A stretch of DNA of 63,852 bases, filler included, from Candidatus Coatesbacteria bacterium (GTDB lineage: Bacteria; JAFGND01): assembly GCA_016927185.1 (NCBI GenBank). It is 4 parts of 4 records of this genome, joined end to end, with 100 filler letters (N's around TTAATTAATTAA, not from the genome) between each part and the next. Parts side by side here need not be neighbours in the genome. Positions count along the whole stretch, not along the records: positions 16,352 to 32,067 come from JAFGND010000102.1; positions 32,168 to 60,033 come from JAFGND010000107.1; 2 more parts are not named here. The stretch is one strand, 5' to 3'. The translations under genes were made by a program, and so were the position numbers. Below are positions 28,341-38,128 of the stretch, in pieces (within the stretch, counting starts at the first letter, position 1; each line of letters opens with the position of its first letter). Under the pieces are notes generated by a model. That model was not told the origin of the DNA, made no database searches, and was given only the letters and a program-made list of their open reading frames with translations.

Positions 28341-29351
28341 ATGAAAAAAATGTTAATACTTTTTTATGTCATTGTCTTGTCTTCATTTAGCAGTGCCTTT
28401 GAACCTGGTGATTTTGTTGCTTCATTTCCAATGCCATACGAGCAATCAGAAGAGCAGCCATGCACTGGACTTGCATATGTTCAAGGCAAGTTGTATGCAT
28501 GCCTGTTTTATAAGGGTGAGATATGGAGAGCAGATGCCAATACTGGAACATGGGAAGCAAAATTTATAGTCAGCTTCGAAGACAGACCATATGACATTGG
28601 ATTGAGTTTCTCAGGTGATACAATGGCTGTTGTTGGTAACGGGACCAAGACACTGTACTTTGTTGATGCCCACAATCCAAGCACTTTGTATGGAGCTTGC
28701 CTGCTGGACGAATCAGTTGTAGAGGAAGCAAATCCTCCCTATATTACTGGATGCACTTATATTTCAACGAATTACGGATATGAGCTCTGGGTTGTTGACA
28801 GGGATAATTACAAGTTCTATACAATTGATGCAAAGAATATGGTATTCAAGAACAAGTTTGATGTTCCGCTTGATCTTGCAAAACCATGGTGGTTGCGCGG
28901 TCTTGACTGGGATATTAATATCCAGTCACTTCTTCTTGTAGTCTCATGCTTTGATGAAACTGCATCTCAGCTTGACAGTGCTTTCCTGAGGGCAATGGAC
29001 CAGAACAATTTCACTCAGAAGAAAGAGCTTCCCTCTGAAGGTCAGTTTGTTTTCTTTGGTTATAATATGAGGGGTATTGCATACAACAGCAATTTCTATA
29101 ACAACCAGACTGAATGCAATTCCGTTTATTACATGTCTGAGCTGACAACTGCATATGACAGGCAGTACGCATGGATACTTGCAAGCTTTGGAACTACTGT
29201 TAACGTGAAGAATGATACATGGGGTGGAATAAAAAAGATGTTTGGCTCAAAGACGATGTCCAGACCCATTCTATCTACAAAAACTGCAAGCAAGGCAAAG
29301 AAGCATGTCAAAAGCAGATTGTTCCTGCCAAGAAGGTTTTCAGCTATATAG
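28341..29351 (+). CDS. Secreted beta-propeller-like protein with TWGGIK motif near the C-terminus
   Basis: AAGGAGG RBS, signal peptide, TGLAY/RGLDWD/RGIAY blade-like motifs, VKNDTWGGIKKMF. Confidence 0.65.
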   Translation: MKKMLILFYVIVLSSFSSAFEPGDFVASFPMPYEQSEEQPCTGLAYVQGKLYACLFYKGEIWRADANTGTWEAKFIVSFEDRPYDIGLSFSGDTMAVVGNGTKTLYFVDAHNPSTLYGACLLDESVVEEANPPYITGCTYISTNYGYELWVVDRDNYKFYTIDAKNMVFKNKFDVPLDLAKPWWLRGLDWDINIQSLLLVVSCFDETASQLDSAFLRAMDQNNFTQKKELPSEGQFVFFGYNMRGIAYNSNFYNNQTECNSVYYMSELTTAYDRQYAWILASFGTTVNVKNDTWGGIKKMFGSKTMSRPILSTKTASKAKKHVKSRLFLPRRFSAI

Positions 29352-29356
29352 AACAT

Positions 29357-29395
29357 AAAAAGCTGGTATCAAAGGTAATGGATAACCAGCTTTTT
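29357..29395 (+). terminator. Rho-independent terminator (possibly bidirectional)
   Basis: AAAAAGCTGGT...ACCAGCTTTTT inverted repeat immediately after the stop codon. Confidence 0.7.
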
Positions 29396-29440
29396 GCAAT
29401 TTAGCTTGCAAAAGAACTACTATATTGAAAGCAAAACTGC

Positions 29441-29890
29441 ATGATTTTTTTGATGAATTGCCTCAGGAAACTCTCTTTAATCTTGATTATCCTGCTTCTT
29501 GCATCATCATGCGGCAGAAGAAGTCCTTCCAGGGTTGTAGAGAAAGCAGCTGAGTATGCAAAATACGGGAAACTTGATGAAGCAGCAAAGTTCTTGTGCA
29601 AGGAAGACAGGGAAGCATATGCTGTTTTCAAGCAGAAAATGGATGAGCTGAAGAAGAGAAAGCCCGGGATGGAGCAGCAATATGATCTGAGCTTGAATGT
29701 GAAATCCATTGCCTATTTCCTTACTGTTGAGGGAGAGAGAGTTTATGAGGATTCATCATTTGTTACTCTTGTTTATAAAAAGGGAACAGCTCAGGAAGAG
29801 AAAAAAGATGTAAAACTCATACTTGAAGATGATGAATGGAAAATCTTTCTTAATGTTTCCAGATATTCGAAACTAGATTATGATTTTTAG
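29441..29890 (+). CDS. Lipoprotein, DUF4878/NTF2-like
   Basis: Lipobox LASSC, SPSRVV, V.LILEDDEWKI. Confidence 0.65.
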   Translation: MIFLMNCLRKLSLILIILLLASSCGRRSPSRVVEKAAEYAKYGKLDEAAKFLCKEDREAYAVFKQKMDELKKRKPGMEQQYDLSLNVKSIAYFLTVEGERVYEDSSFVTLVYKKGTAQEEKKDVKLILEDDEWKIFLNVSRYSKLDYDF

Positions 29891-29898
29891 GGAGTGAA

Positions 29899-30363
29899 AT
29901 GAAAAAGTATATAATATTTGCTTTTTGCATGCTTGCCATTATTATATCGTGCAAATCAGGAAAGAACGGACCAAAGGCAGTAGTAGAGGATTTTCTTGTT
30001 AAATTGAAAGCAGGTGATATTGAATCTGCAATGAAACTCACTTCAAAGAAGGACAGGGAAAACTGGGAGTTGATGAAGAAGGCCTTTGATGTTTACAACA
30101 AACTTGACAAGGATACAAAAGAAGAGTATGAGGAGCCAATTGGCTATAATATGGAGGAAGTTCTCAAGAAAGGTGCCCAGTTCATAGAGGTTGGCTCCGA
30201 GAAGATTTACGGAGATTCTGCTGTTGTAGTTCTTGAAGGCAAGAAGGATAATAAGGCAAAAGAAAAACAGGAAATGAAATTAATCAAGGAAGAGAATAAA
30301 TGGGTAATTGTTCTCGGATTCAAGTTTGATGATGAGAGTGAGAAAGAATCAACTTCTGAGTAG
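29899..30363 (+). CDS. Lipoprotein, DUF4878/NTF2-like; tandem paralog
   Basis: Lipobox IISC, GPKAVVEDFL, EKIYGDSAVV, MKLIKEENKW. Confidence 0.7.
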   Translation: MKKYIIFAFCMLAIIISCKSGKNGPKAVVEDFLVKLKAGDIESAMKLTSKKDRENWELMKKAFDVYNKLDKDTKEEYEEPIGYNMEEVLKKGAQFIEVGSEKIYGDSAVVVLEGKKDNKAKEKQEMKLIKEENKWVIVLGFKFDDESEKESTSE

Positions 30364-31788
30364 CTTTCTTTTTATATAATCCTGCATTCTGAACAGGAAG
30401 ATAGCAAAAACAAGAAATACAATCGGTTCTGTTGCAAACCTGAAACGCGTGTTTTCACCAAGTTCGAAAATATTGGTAAATATTATATGATAAAGGACAG
30501 TTGAAGAAACAAGCAGCCAGAACAAAGTTCTTTTGTCCCTTTCAGCAATCTTGAACAAGGAAACAGCGAAAAACAGCAAGTAAATCATTATTATGCTTAT
30601 GTATATGACATAGTCAACCCGTTCAAATCCGCGATATCTGCAGAAATTCTTTTCCAGGCATAGGTATTTCCTGTATATGATGTTCCATGAACCCAGCTTG
30701 TCCTCATTCGGGAGAGCCCATCTTGCGAATGTTCTTGCAGGCATGAAATAATAGTATAAGCCAAGGAAGAAGCTTTTTAGTATTCTCAGGGGATACTTCC
30801 TGATCACGTACAAATCTGCTTTCAGAAGAGTTTTTGAAGCCTTTATGAATGCAGCATTGTTATAATTAATCCATCCGCTTTTCCTGTATTTGTTGTCCAG
30901 TATCGGAATTCCTGTTTTTGGCATTGCAAGACTGTCTATGATATCCTGTGGCTTGAAAAAGAAATACTCCTGATTAGCATAAAATGGCAGTTTGCCATCC
31001 TTCATAAGCTCATTGAGTATATCGTTTCCAAGGGCGTAATGAATTGGTCTTGATAGATTTAAGCCTGTCCATGAACTAGTTGATATGATTCCGAAAAGTA
31101 TCAGATTTTTTAGTATCAGTGCAATCGGGATTATGCTGAATGACAGTCCTGCCTTCAGTATCTCCTTTCTTTGCCCTGACTTGAATAAAATCATCAGCAG
31201 GATCACAGGCAGTAACAGGAATGGATGAAAATATGGTCTCAGGAGTGTCAGTAGCATTAGAAAGAAGAAACCGAGATAGAGAAACACTTTTCTGTAATCA
31301 CTGAGCCATTCAAGAATTGACCATGAAAACGCAGTAATCAGAAATGCTTCAATGAAAGTATGATTAGAAAAATGCTGAAGTATTATTACAGGTGGTGTTA
31401 TAGAGAAAAATGTGACTGCAGCAAGAGAAAACCATCTGCCTGCCTTGAAAATGTTCATCATTCTCAAAAGGATAAGGCACATTGCAAAGCATAGTACTGA
31501 ATATGAAATATTGAGAAAAGTCTGGGGGAAACCTGATTTAAGTGCTGCAAGGAAAACAAGCCCGAGAAGCGGTGGCTGAGCATGAAAATAGAATAATGCA
31601 GAGAAAGGATTGGAGACAAGTTCGAATGTATCAGGAATATGCATTGCATTGTAATTCACTGCAATGACAATACCCATTGAATATAATATTACTTCTCTTG
31701 CAATGAAAACAAGAAAGAATATGAAGTATGCAGGTTCTCTCCTGACAAGTTCCTTAAAATTCATTACTGCAAGTGACTTATAATACAA
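30349..31788 (-). CDS. Polytopic membrane protein, possible GT-C glycosyltransferase
   Basis: Multiple TM helices, HAQPPL, SSWTGLNL, ELGENTRFR. Confidence 0.6.
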   Translation of the reverse strand: MYYKSLAVMNFKELVRREPAYFIFFLVFIAREVILYSMGIVIAVNYNAMHIPDTFELVSNPFSALFYFHAQPPLLGLVFLAALKSGFPQTFLNISYSVLCFAMCLILLRMMNIFKAGRWFSLAAVTFFSITPPVIILQHFSNHTFIEAFLITAFSWSILEWLSDYRKVFLYLGFFFLMLLTLLRPYFHPFLLLPVILLMILFKSGQRKEILKAGLSFSIIPIALILKNLILFGIISTSSWTGLNLSRPIHYALGNDILNELMKDGKLPFYANQEYFFFKPQDIIDSLAMPKTGIPILDNKYRKSGWINYNNAAFIKASKTLLKADLYVIRKYPLRILKSFFLGLYYYFMPARTFARWALPNEDKLGSWNIIYRKYLCLEKNFCRYRGFERVDYVIYISIIMIYLLFFAVSLFKIAERDKRTLFWLLVSSTVLYHIIFTNIFELGENTRFRFATEPIVFLVFAIFLFRMQDYIKRKLLRS

Positions 31789-32067
31789 TTAGCTGTCAAG
31801 TCTAAAGGATTTATTAATCGTATATTCCTGTTACAACTCCATTCATCACTTAAACTCAATGGCTCCTGATGGCTTCACCACAATTGATTGAAATCTTTGT
31901 AATGAGACTTCTTTCACAATGGGGTGGACAACCAGTACTGAAACGCAAGGCTCCAAACACTGTAGTAGAAGAGGGTTCAGCAGACAGTTTTGATGAAGCA
32001 GATTTCGAAACAGACAGCATTGAATGGAAGGTCTCTCATGCAGTAGGCGTGAAACTTGCAAGAACTG

Positions 32068-32167
32068 NNNNNNNNNNNNNNNNNNNNNNNNNNNNNNNNN
32101 NNNNNNNNNNNTTAATTAATTAANNNNNNNNNNNNNNNNNNNNNNNNNNNNNNNNNNNNNNNNNNNN
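32068..32167. other. Artificial contig linker
   Basis: N-run, TTAATTAATTAA, N-run. Confidence 0.98.
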
Positions 32168-32365
32168 GAAAACGCAGGGATAGAAATGATATCCCTGCAA
32201 ATTTAAAAAAAGGAATATTAATGAAAGAAAAACTGTTATTACTTGTCCTGATAATGAAATTCTTCATCAGGCATGGAGACAAGAAGCAAATCAATAAAGG
32301 GATAGATATTTATGAATAATCTGAAACACTTGACAAAAACCATCTATAATCAAGCTAATCCAAGC

Positions 32366-33715
32366 ATGACTAACATCCTTATTATAGGAGCAGGTCCAAC
32401 AGGTATCGGGGCAGCTTACAGATTATGGCAGAGAAAGGAAGAAGACTGGCTTCTCTGTGAAAAAGAAGATCATTTGGGAGGTCTGGCTGCTTCATTCAGG
32501 GATGAAAAAGGATTTACATGGGATATTGGCGGTCATGTAATGTTCTCCCATTACGAATATTTTGATGATTTTATTAATCACATGCTTGGAGATGCTTATA
32601 TTTCTCACCTTCGAGAGGCTTATATCTGGATGCTTGACAGATGGATACCGTATCCTTTCCAGAATAATTTAAGGTATTTGCCTGAAAAAATCCAGGAAGA
32701 ATGCCTTAAAGGACTGATAGAAGACAGATTGAAACCTGAAGAAGCCAGGAATTTCAAGGAATGGACTTATGCAGTTTTTGGAGAAGCAGTATCCAGGTAT
32801 TTCATGGATCCTTACAATTTCAAGGTCTGGGCTCATCCTCTTGAAGAAATGTGCAAGGAGTGGATAGGGGAGAGAGTCAGCGTAGTTGATTACAAGAGAA
32901 TTTTGTCTAATATAATACATAAAAGAGATGATGTTGCCTGGGGACCTAACAATCAGTTCAAGTTTCCATTGCATGGAGGAACAGGAGGGCTTTTCTCACC
33001 TGCTTCAAAACTTTTCGGGCAAAAACTGCTTTTAAACAGGGAACTTGAGAAAATTTACTGGAAAGAAAAGATTGCTGTTTTCAAGGATAAAAGCGAGATC
33101 AGATACGATAAACTAGTAACTACCTTGCCTCTTGATCTTCTATGTAAAATGGTTGAGCCTTCTTGTGAGGATATTGAAAACGCATCAAGGAATCTGGTTT
33201 TCACTAGCGGATATATAATAGGAATAGGACTTAAGAAAAGGCTTAATTCAAGACGATGCTGGATGTATTTCCCGCAGGATGACAGCCCATTTTATCGAGT
33301 AACGAATTTCGGCTGGTATTCCTGTAACAATGTTCCTGATGGAGATACAGAGCAGTACTCGTCCTATATGTGCGAAACATCATATTCCAGCTTCAAGAAA
33401 GTCAGCAAGGATGAGATTACAGAAAAGACAATTGATGGTCTTGTAAATTCAAGACTGCTGAGTAAGGATGATATAAGCAAAATAATAAGCACATATATTA
33501 TTGATGTCAAGCATTCTTATCCAGTTCCTGGCTTGAAAAGGAATAAAGCACTGTCAATTATACAGCCATGGCTTGAGGAAAGAGACATATTTTCAAGAGG
33601 AAGGTTTGGTGGCTGGAAATATGAAGTTGGAAATATGGATCATTCAGTCATGACTGGGAGAGAAATTGTTGACAGAATTATTGACAATACGGAAGAGAGT
33701 GTCTATAAAATATAA
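32366..33715 (+). CDS. FAD-dependent oxidoreductase resembling eukaryote-type UDP-galactopyranose mutase
   Basis: IIGAGPTG, GFTWDIGGHVMFSHY, YPFQNN, PYNFKVW, WIGERV, WGPN..FKFP..GGTG, RGRFGGWKYEVGNMDHS; start at MTNILIIG. Confidence 0.75.
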   Translation: MTNILIIGAGPTGIGAAYRLWQRKEEDWLLCEKEDHLGGLAASFRDEKGFTWDIGGHVMFSHYEYFDDFINHMLGDAYISHLREAYIWMLDRWIPYPFQNNLRYLPEKIQEECLKGLIEDRLKPEEARNFKEWTYAVFGEAVSRYFMDPYNFKVWAHPLEEMCKEWIGERVSVVDYKRILSNIIHKRDDVAWGPNNQFKFPLHGGTGGLFSPASKLFGQKLLLNRELEKIYWKEKIAVFKDKSEIRYDKLVTTLPLDLLCKMVEPSCEDIENASRNLVFTSGYIIGIGLKKRLNSRRCWMYFPQDDSPFYRVTNFGWYSCNNVPDGDTEQYSSYMCETSYSSFKKVSKDEITEKTIDGLVNSRLLSKDDISKIISTYIIDVKHSYPVPGLKRNKALSIIQPWLEERDIFSRGRFGGWKYEVGNMDHSVMTGREIVDRIIDNTEESVYKI

Positions 33716-33724
33716 GGTACTTGA

Positions 33725-34546
33725 ATGTCAGGCTCACAACACAGTATAAAACAAAGATTTTCGGAAGAATTCAACCTTGCAAAGGAACTTGCAAGGAATT
33801 CAGGGAAAATCCTGCTGGCAAATTTCGGCAAGAGAAAGGAACTCAGTTACAAGGGTGTTTTCAACTTAGTGACAGAATCTGATGAAGCATCGGAGCGTTC
33901 CATAATCTCTTCTCTTAAAAGAAATTACCCGAATGACAGTGTGTTGACTGAGGAAAGCCAGCCTAAAGAAGCTGATCCCGAAAGAAGATGGATAATTGAC
34001 CCTCTTGATGGAACAAATAACTATGCTCATAATTTTCCAATATTCTGCGTATCAATAGCATTCGAATACTGGGGCAAGATAATAATTGGCATTGTTTATA
34101 ATCCTGTCAATGACGAAATGTTCAGCGCAGTAAAGGATTCTGGCGCATATCTCAATACAAAGATGATAAAAGTAAGCTCTACTGAGAAGTTGGTAAATTC
34201 GCTTCTTGCAACAGGTTTCCCCTATGACAGACTGGAAGGTGGGGAAACGAATATCGAGTTTCTGTCTGCCTATCTGATGAAGGCACAGGGGATCAGGAGA
34301 ACAGGAAGCGCTGCACTAGATTTATGTTTCCTTGCTTCAGGCAGGATAGATGGATACTGGGAGTTGAAACTTTCACCATGGGATACTGCAGCAGGTGCCT
34401 TGATTGTCAAAGAGGCGGGAGGAAAGATAAGTTGTCTGGACGGTTCTGAATGGAATCCTTTCAAGAAAGAGATTCTTGCAAGTAATTCAATAATCCATGA
34501 CCAGATGATTGAAGTGGCAAAGAGTGTTCCAAGAAAGGTTTCTTGA
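33725..34546 (+). CDS. suhB: Inositol monophosphatase family protein
   Basis: LVTESD, WIIDPLDGTNNY, RRTGSAALDL, PWDTAAG. Confidence 0.9.
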   Translation: MSGSQHSIKQRFSEEFNLAKELARNSGKILLANFGKRKELSYKGVFNLVTESDEASERSIISSLKRNYPNDSVLTEESQPKEADPERRWIIDPLDGTNNYAHNFPIFCVSIAFEYWGKIIIGIVYNPVNDEMFSAVKDSGAYLNTKMIKVSSTEKLVNSLLATGFPYDRLEGGETNIEFLSAYLMKAQGIRRTGSAALDLCFLASGRIDGYWELKLSPWDTAAGALIVKEAGGKISCLDGSEWNPFKKEILASNSIIHDQMIEVAKSVPRKVS

Positions 34547-34563
34547 AATAGAGGGTAGCGATA

Positions 34564-34815
34564 ATGAAAAACCTTGAACTGGAACATGATATAGAACTTG
34601 TAAAATTCAAAGAGATGATAGTAGATGAGCTGAAGAAGAAGGGCTTTGAAAAGTTCATAATGTGGGATGGATTCAAGTTCAAGGGTGAAAATATGGGAAC
34701 TAAAGTGGAAGGAGAAATTACTGAAAAAAGGATTTCACTAACTGCTAGTGGTTTCTTTGAAAGCATGGTAATAAATGAAATCAGTAAAGTCTTGACAAAT
34801 TTATTGAAGATATAA
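34564..34815 (+). CDS. Small hypothetical protein (weakly like polyhydroxyalkanoic-acid-system proteins)
   Basis: GAGGG RBS; WDGFKF...VEGEI beta pattern. Confidence 0.5.
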   Translation: MKNLELEHDIELVKFKEMIVDELKKKGFEKFIMWDGFKFKGENMGTKVEGEITEKRISLTASGFFESMVINEISKVLTNLLKI

Positions 34816-34863
34816 TTATGCGCTACAAGTAAAACTTTATATAGGCATTTTAGGGAGGTTAGA

Positions 34864-35241
34864 ATGAGAAAGGTTATTGTAACATTATTAATTCTTGCAA
34901 CTGCTTTGTTATTTACAGGATGCTTAGGTCCAGATGCAAAAACTACAAAAGATATTGAGGATCTTAATGCAAAAATGAAGGCTCTTGAGGAAAAACAAGC
35001 TTCTCCAGCAAAAGATTTCACAGGTGATATTGAGGCAATCAACAGGAGTATTGAAGAGATTTCAAAAAGAATCGATGACCTTGAAGCAAAACTGGCTGAA
35101 AAGAAGATTATCATCAAGGAGACAACTAAGGACGCCACAAAGAAAACTGATGTGAAAACTCCTGTAAGGGATGTTCAACCAACAAAAGCAATTTACAAGC
35201 CAAAGCCAACAAAAGCAGTTTATGATCCTAAAGGTAAGTAA
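34864..35241 (+). CDS. Coiled-coil lipoprotein with duplicated PTKA(I/V)Y tail
   Basis: GGAGG RBS, lipobox FTGC, heptad repeats, PTKAIYKPK-PTKAVYDPK. Confidence 0.7.
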   Translation: MRKVIVTLLILATALLFTGCLGPDAKTTKDIEDLNAKMKALEEKQASPAKDFTGDIEAINRSIEEISKRIDDLEAKLAEKKIIIKETTKDATKKTDVKTPVRDVQPTKAIYKPKPTKAVYDPKGK

Positions 35242-35264
35242 TAATTATTAACAAGCATTCAATT

Positions 35265-35292
35265 TAAAAAAGCTCGATTATTCGAGCTTTTT
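35265..35292. terminator. Bidirectional terminator
   Basis: AAAAAAGCTCGA-TTAT-TCGAGCTTTTTT between convergent genes. Confidence 0.8.
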
Positions 35293-35625
35293 TATTTCTC
35301 TTGACCATCTGTTTTTTTGTAATTTTTCTTCTCTTCTTGTGGAATTCCAGAAGTTCCACTTGACTGGTCCCTTGTCAATCAATTCACCCTTGCTGTTTCT
35401 TATCTGCACATAATAATATGCTCCATAAAGGGGATAAGTTCTTACGCATCTTGTGGTTACATAACCGCTCCACAGGGAAAGATAAAGAACAGACAGCTCT
35501 TTAAGCATTAAAAATGAAAGCAGGTAATTAATCAGTTTTAATATGAAAGCATTCAACTTAAGTCTCAACAGGATGGAGATTATGAATGCAGTTGCTAAAA
35601 ATGTCAGTTTTCTGAATGACAGCAT
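35278..35625 (-). CDS. Hypothetical membrane protein
   Basis: Start overlaps the upstream stop (TAATG); hydrophobic N-terminal half. Confidence 0.5.
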   Translation of the reverse strand: MLSFRKLTFLATAFIISILLRLKLNAFILKLINYLLSFLMLKELSVLYLSLWSGYVTTRCVRTYPLYGAYYYVQIRNSKGELIDKGPVKWNFWNSTRREEKLQKNRWSREIKKLE

Positions 35626-36926
35626 TACTTTTCTATTTCAGTCTTATCCTTCAATTCTCTTTTCTTTAATTCATCTCCTTTTTGTTTCATTTCCATTGCT
35701 TCATTAGTCTTTCCCTGGATTTTAAGGAATTCTGAATAATGATAATATATTTCCCAGTTCTCTGGACTGAAGTTCAATGCCTTGTTAAATGCGACTTTTG
35801 CTTCATCAGGTTTGCCAAGTCTTATATACAGCATTGCAAGGGAGTCAAAGTAGTTACCATTATTAGGTTCCATCTCCAAAGCCTTTTTTATAAGCACCTC
35901 AGCTTCACCAAGTTTTATGTTTTTTTCAACGTATCTGTATCCCAGATTATTGTAACCATAAGCAAGATCTGGATATTTCTTTATAAACAACATGTGAATA
36001 CGCTCTTCCTGAGCCCAGTTGTCCTGCTTCGAGTAAAGAAGTATCAGATAATCAAGGAATCTCTGTTCATAGAAACCTTTTTTAATGATGTCTTCAAGAA
36101 GCTTTATCTTATCATTATCTTTTTTATCCTTCAGCATGAAGTAAACAACATTTATTATTGCTCCCTTTATCTCAGGGATATCCGGATTATTTCTATGTAT
36201 ATCAAGACTCATTTTCAATGCATCTTCATATTGCTTCAATCTGAGCTGCTCTGCAAGGATCAATGTCATCAATCTGTTTGTCTTGGGATTTATCTCATAG
36301 AGGTATTTCAGGCTTGCAGGATCATTCCTGTTAATCTCGAACAGCGCTCCAAGCAATCTCGGGGATCTGTCTCCAGTCTTATATGCTTCATTCCAGTATT
36401 TCAAGGCTTCTTTCCTGAGTTTCAGCTTATAAGATATATCTCCCAGATTATACAATACGACAGGCTTGAAATTTGTTGATTTCAATTGCCTCTTGAGTAC
36501 TGAAAGAGACGAATTGAATTCCCCTCTGCTTTTATATAAATTGCTCAACAATGTATATAGACTATCATTGTTCTCAGTCCTGGATATACCTTTTTCATAA
36601 ACCTCTATGGCTTTCTGATCATTCATTATTTGAAGCATGCTGCCAAGTTTTATATACAGCTTTTCCTCTTTCGGGAATTTCTCTATTGCCTTATTCGCTC
36701 TTTCTATTGCTTCTGTCAGTTTTTTAAGCAATTCGTAATTATCTATTATCCTTAATTCAATTTCCAGAGACTTATGTTTTCTTGATAGGTTATCATAAAT
36801 AAGAACAGCTTCCTGGTTTTTTCCCTGCTGTTCCAGCACTCTCGCTTTAATGAATAGCTCAATGTCCTGACCATCAGGAAAGGAAAGCCCAAGGAATGAA
36901 TAAAACAGAATCAATGCCAAGTACAT
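35625..36926 (-). CDS. Tetratricopeptide repeat protein, secreted
   Basis: YNNLGY, KALEMEPNNGNYFDSLA and other TPR patterns; signal peptide. Confidence 0.85.
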   Translation of the reverse strand: MYLALILFYSFLGLSFPDGQDIELFIKARVLEQQGKNQEAVLIYDNLSRKHKSLEIELRIIDNYELLKKLTEAIERANKAIEKFPKEEKLYIKLGSMLQIMNDQKAIEVYEKGISRTENNDSLYTLLSNLYKSRGEFNSSLSVLKRQLKSTNFKPVVLYNLGDISYKLKLRKEALKYWNEAYKTGDRSPRLLGALFEINRNDPASLKYLYEINPKTNRLMTLILAEQLRLKQYEDALKMSLDIHRNNPDIPEIKGAIINVVYFMLKDKKDNDKIKLLEDIIKKGFYEQRFLDYLILLYSKQDNWAQEERIHMLFIKKYPDLAYGYNNLGYRYVEKNIKLGEAEVLIKKALEMEPNNGNYFDSLAMLYIRLGKPDEAKVAFNKALNFSPENWEIYYHYSEFLKIQGKTNEAMEMKQKGDELKKRELKDKTEIEK

Positions 36927-37179
36927 AAAAAATCCTTTCTATATCCACTTGGATGGAAGTTAAAACTGCTATTATTTGTAAAGGAATTTTTAGCTGCTTT
37001 ATCATGAAGGTTCTTATGAATTGTTTAAGATAATGATTGGAGGAACATAATCAATTATAGATTAACAAGTATTTCCCTCTTCAGCATGAAATTAATATTC
37101 TTCTTGACATTTTAGCAGTTTTTTTTCAGTAAACTTTCCAGTTATTTATGAATGGAAATTCATCAAGGAGGCAACTCTC

Positions 37180-38070
37180 ATGAAAAATATGAAAATTTTA
37201 TTTGTTATTCTTATAAGCCTGCTCTTTACTACTCATTGCATTCTAGTGCAGAGAGATAATCCTTATGATACAGATGATAGTGGATCAGGTACTGGTACCG
37301 GCACAGGTACAGGAACGGGCACAGGTACCGGCACAGGCACAGGAACGGGAACGGGCACTGGAACGGGTACAGGTGAGGGACTAAGCATAAAGATTAACAC
37401 TCCAGAAAACAGGGGAGAATCTGCAGATGGTCTTTATACCATACAATGGGAATATACTTGTGACAAGGGAGAACCATCTGTAAGTCTGTATATTGATACA
37501 AACAATTCTCAAGGAGATGAATTCTTGATTGCTGAAAACCTTCCCTCAGATCCCATGCTTTTTGAATGGCATTGTGACAAAGTCCCTTCAGGGGATTATT
37601 ATATAAAAGGAATAATAGATGATGGCCTGGGAAATAAAAGAACGATCAACAATCTGGGTAAATTCAGCAAAAGAAAGTCATCATTATCTCCTTTCTTTAA
37701 GAATATTGGAGACAAGAAAGAAACAAGATATGATTATTCTACTTATTCCTTGAAGGTGAATCATGCGGCAAAGAAATTCATGATACTTGTTGTAAGACCT
37801 TGTGCAGGAGATTATGCAAACAATACATTCACAATCAAGTGGTGGTATGAAACACCTCAACAGAATACAGTAAATGTCTTGCTTTTCTATGGCAGAAATA
37901 GTGTATGGCTGCCTGTATGGCCTTTGCCACTACCAGCCACAAAAGGCGAATATATATGGGACTGTTCTGCTATACCTAATGGTGACTATTATATAAGAGC
38001 TGATCTCATGGAAGGGAACGTAGAAAGAGCATCTGATGAATCAGATGGTTATCTTGAAATAAGACATTAA
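37180..38070 (+). CDS. Lipoprotein with Gly-Thr repeat linker and two Ig-like domains
   Basis: Lipobox TTHC, RDNPYD, (GT)n linker, two W.C..(V/I)P.GDYYI domains. Confidence 0.75.
   Translation: MKNMKILFVILISLLFTTHCILVQRDNPYDTDDSGSGTGTGTGTGTGTGTGTGTGTGTGTGTGTGEGLSIKINTPENRGESADGLYTIQWEYTCDKGEPSVSLYIDTNNSQGDEFLIAENLPSDPMLFEWHCDKVPSGDYYIKGIIDDGLGNKRTINNLGKFSKRKSSLSPFFKNIGDKKETRYDYSTYSLKVNHAAKKFMILVVRPCAGDYANNTFTIKWWYETPQQNTVNVLLFYGRNSVWLPVWPLPLPATKGEYIWDCSAIPNGDYYIRADLMEGNVERASDESDGYLEIRH
37288..37371 (+). repeat. Gly-Thr dipeptide repeat, about 14 units
   Basis: GGN-ACN hexamers with varied third positions. Confidence 0.9.
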
Positions 38071-38072
38071 GA

Positions 38073-38102
38073 AATAAGGGAGATTTTTATGTCTCCCTTA
38101 TT
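38073..38102. terminator. Hairpin between convergent genes
   Basis: AATAAGGGAGA/TCTCCCTTATT inverted repeat. Confidence 0.65.
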
Positions 38103-38128
38103 GATGAATTAGATATTAGTCCTTTCAT

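Noticed and set aside
31869-32067. Short ORFs on both strands at the contig end
   Set aside because: Truncated by the linker and no family is recognisable, so the coding strand cannot be decided.
35739-36479. 246-aa plus-strand ORF
   Set aside because: Entirely antisense to the TPR gene, with no recognisable motifs.
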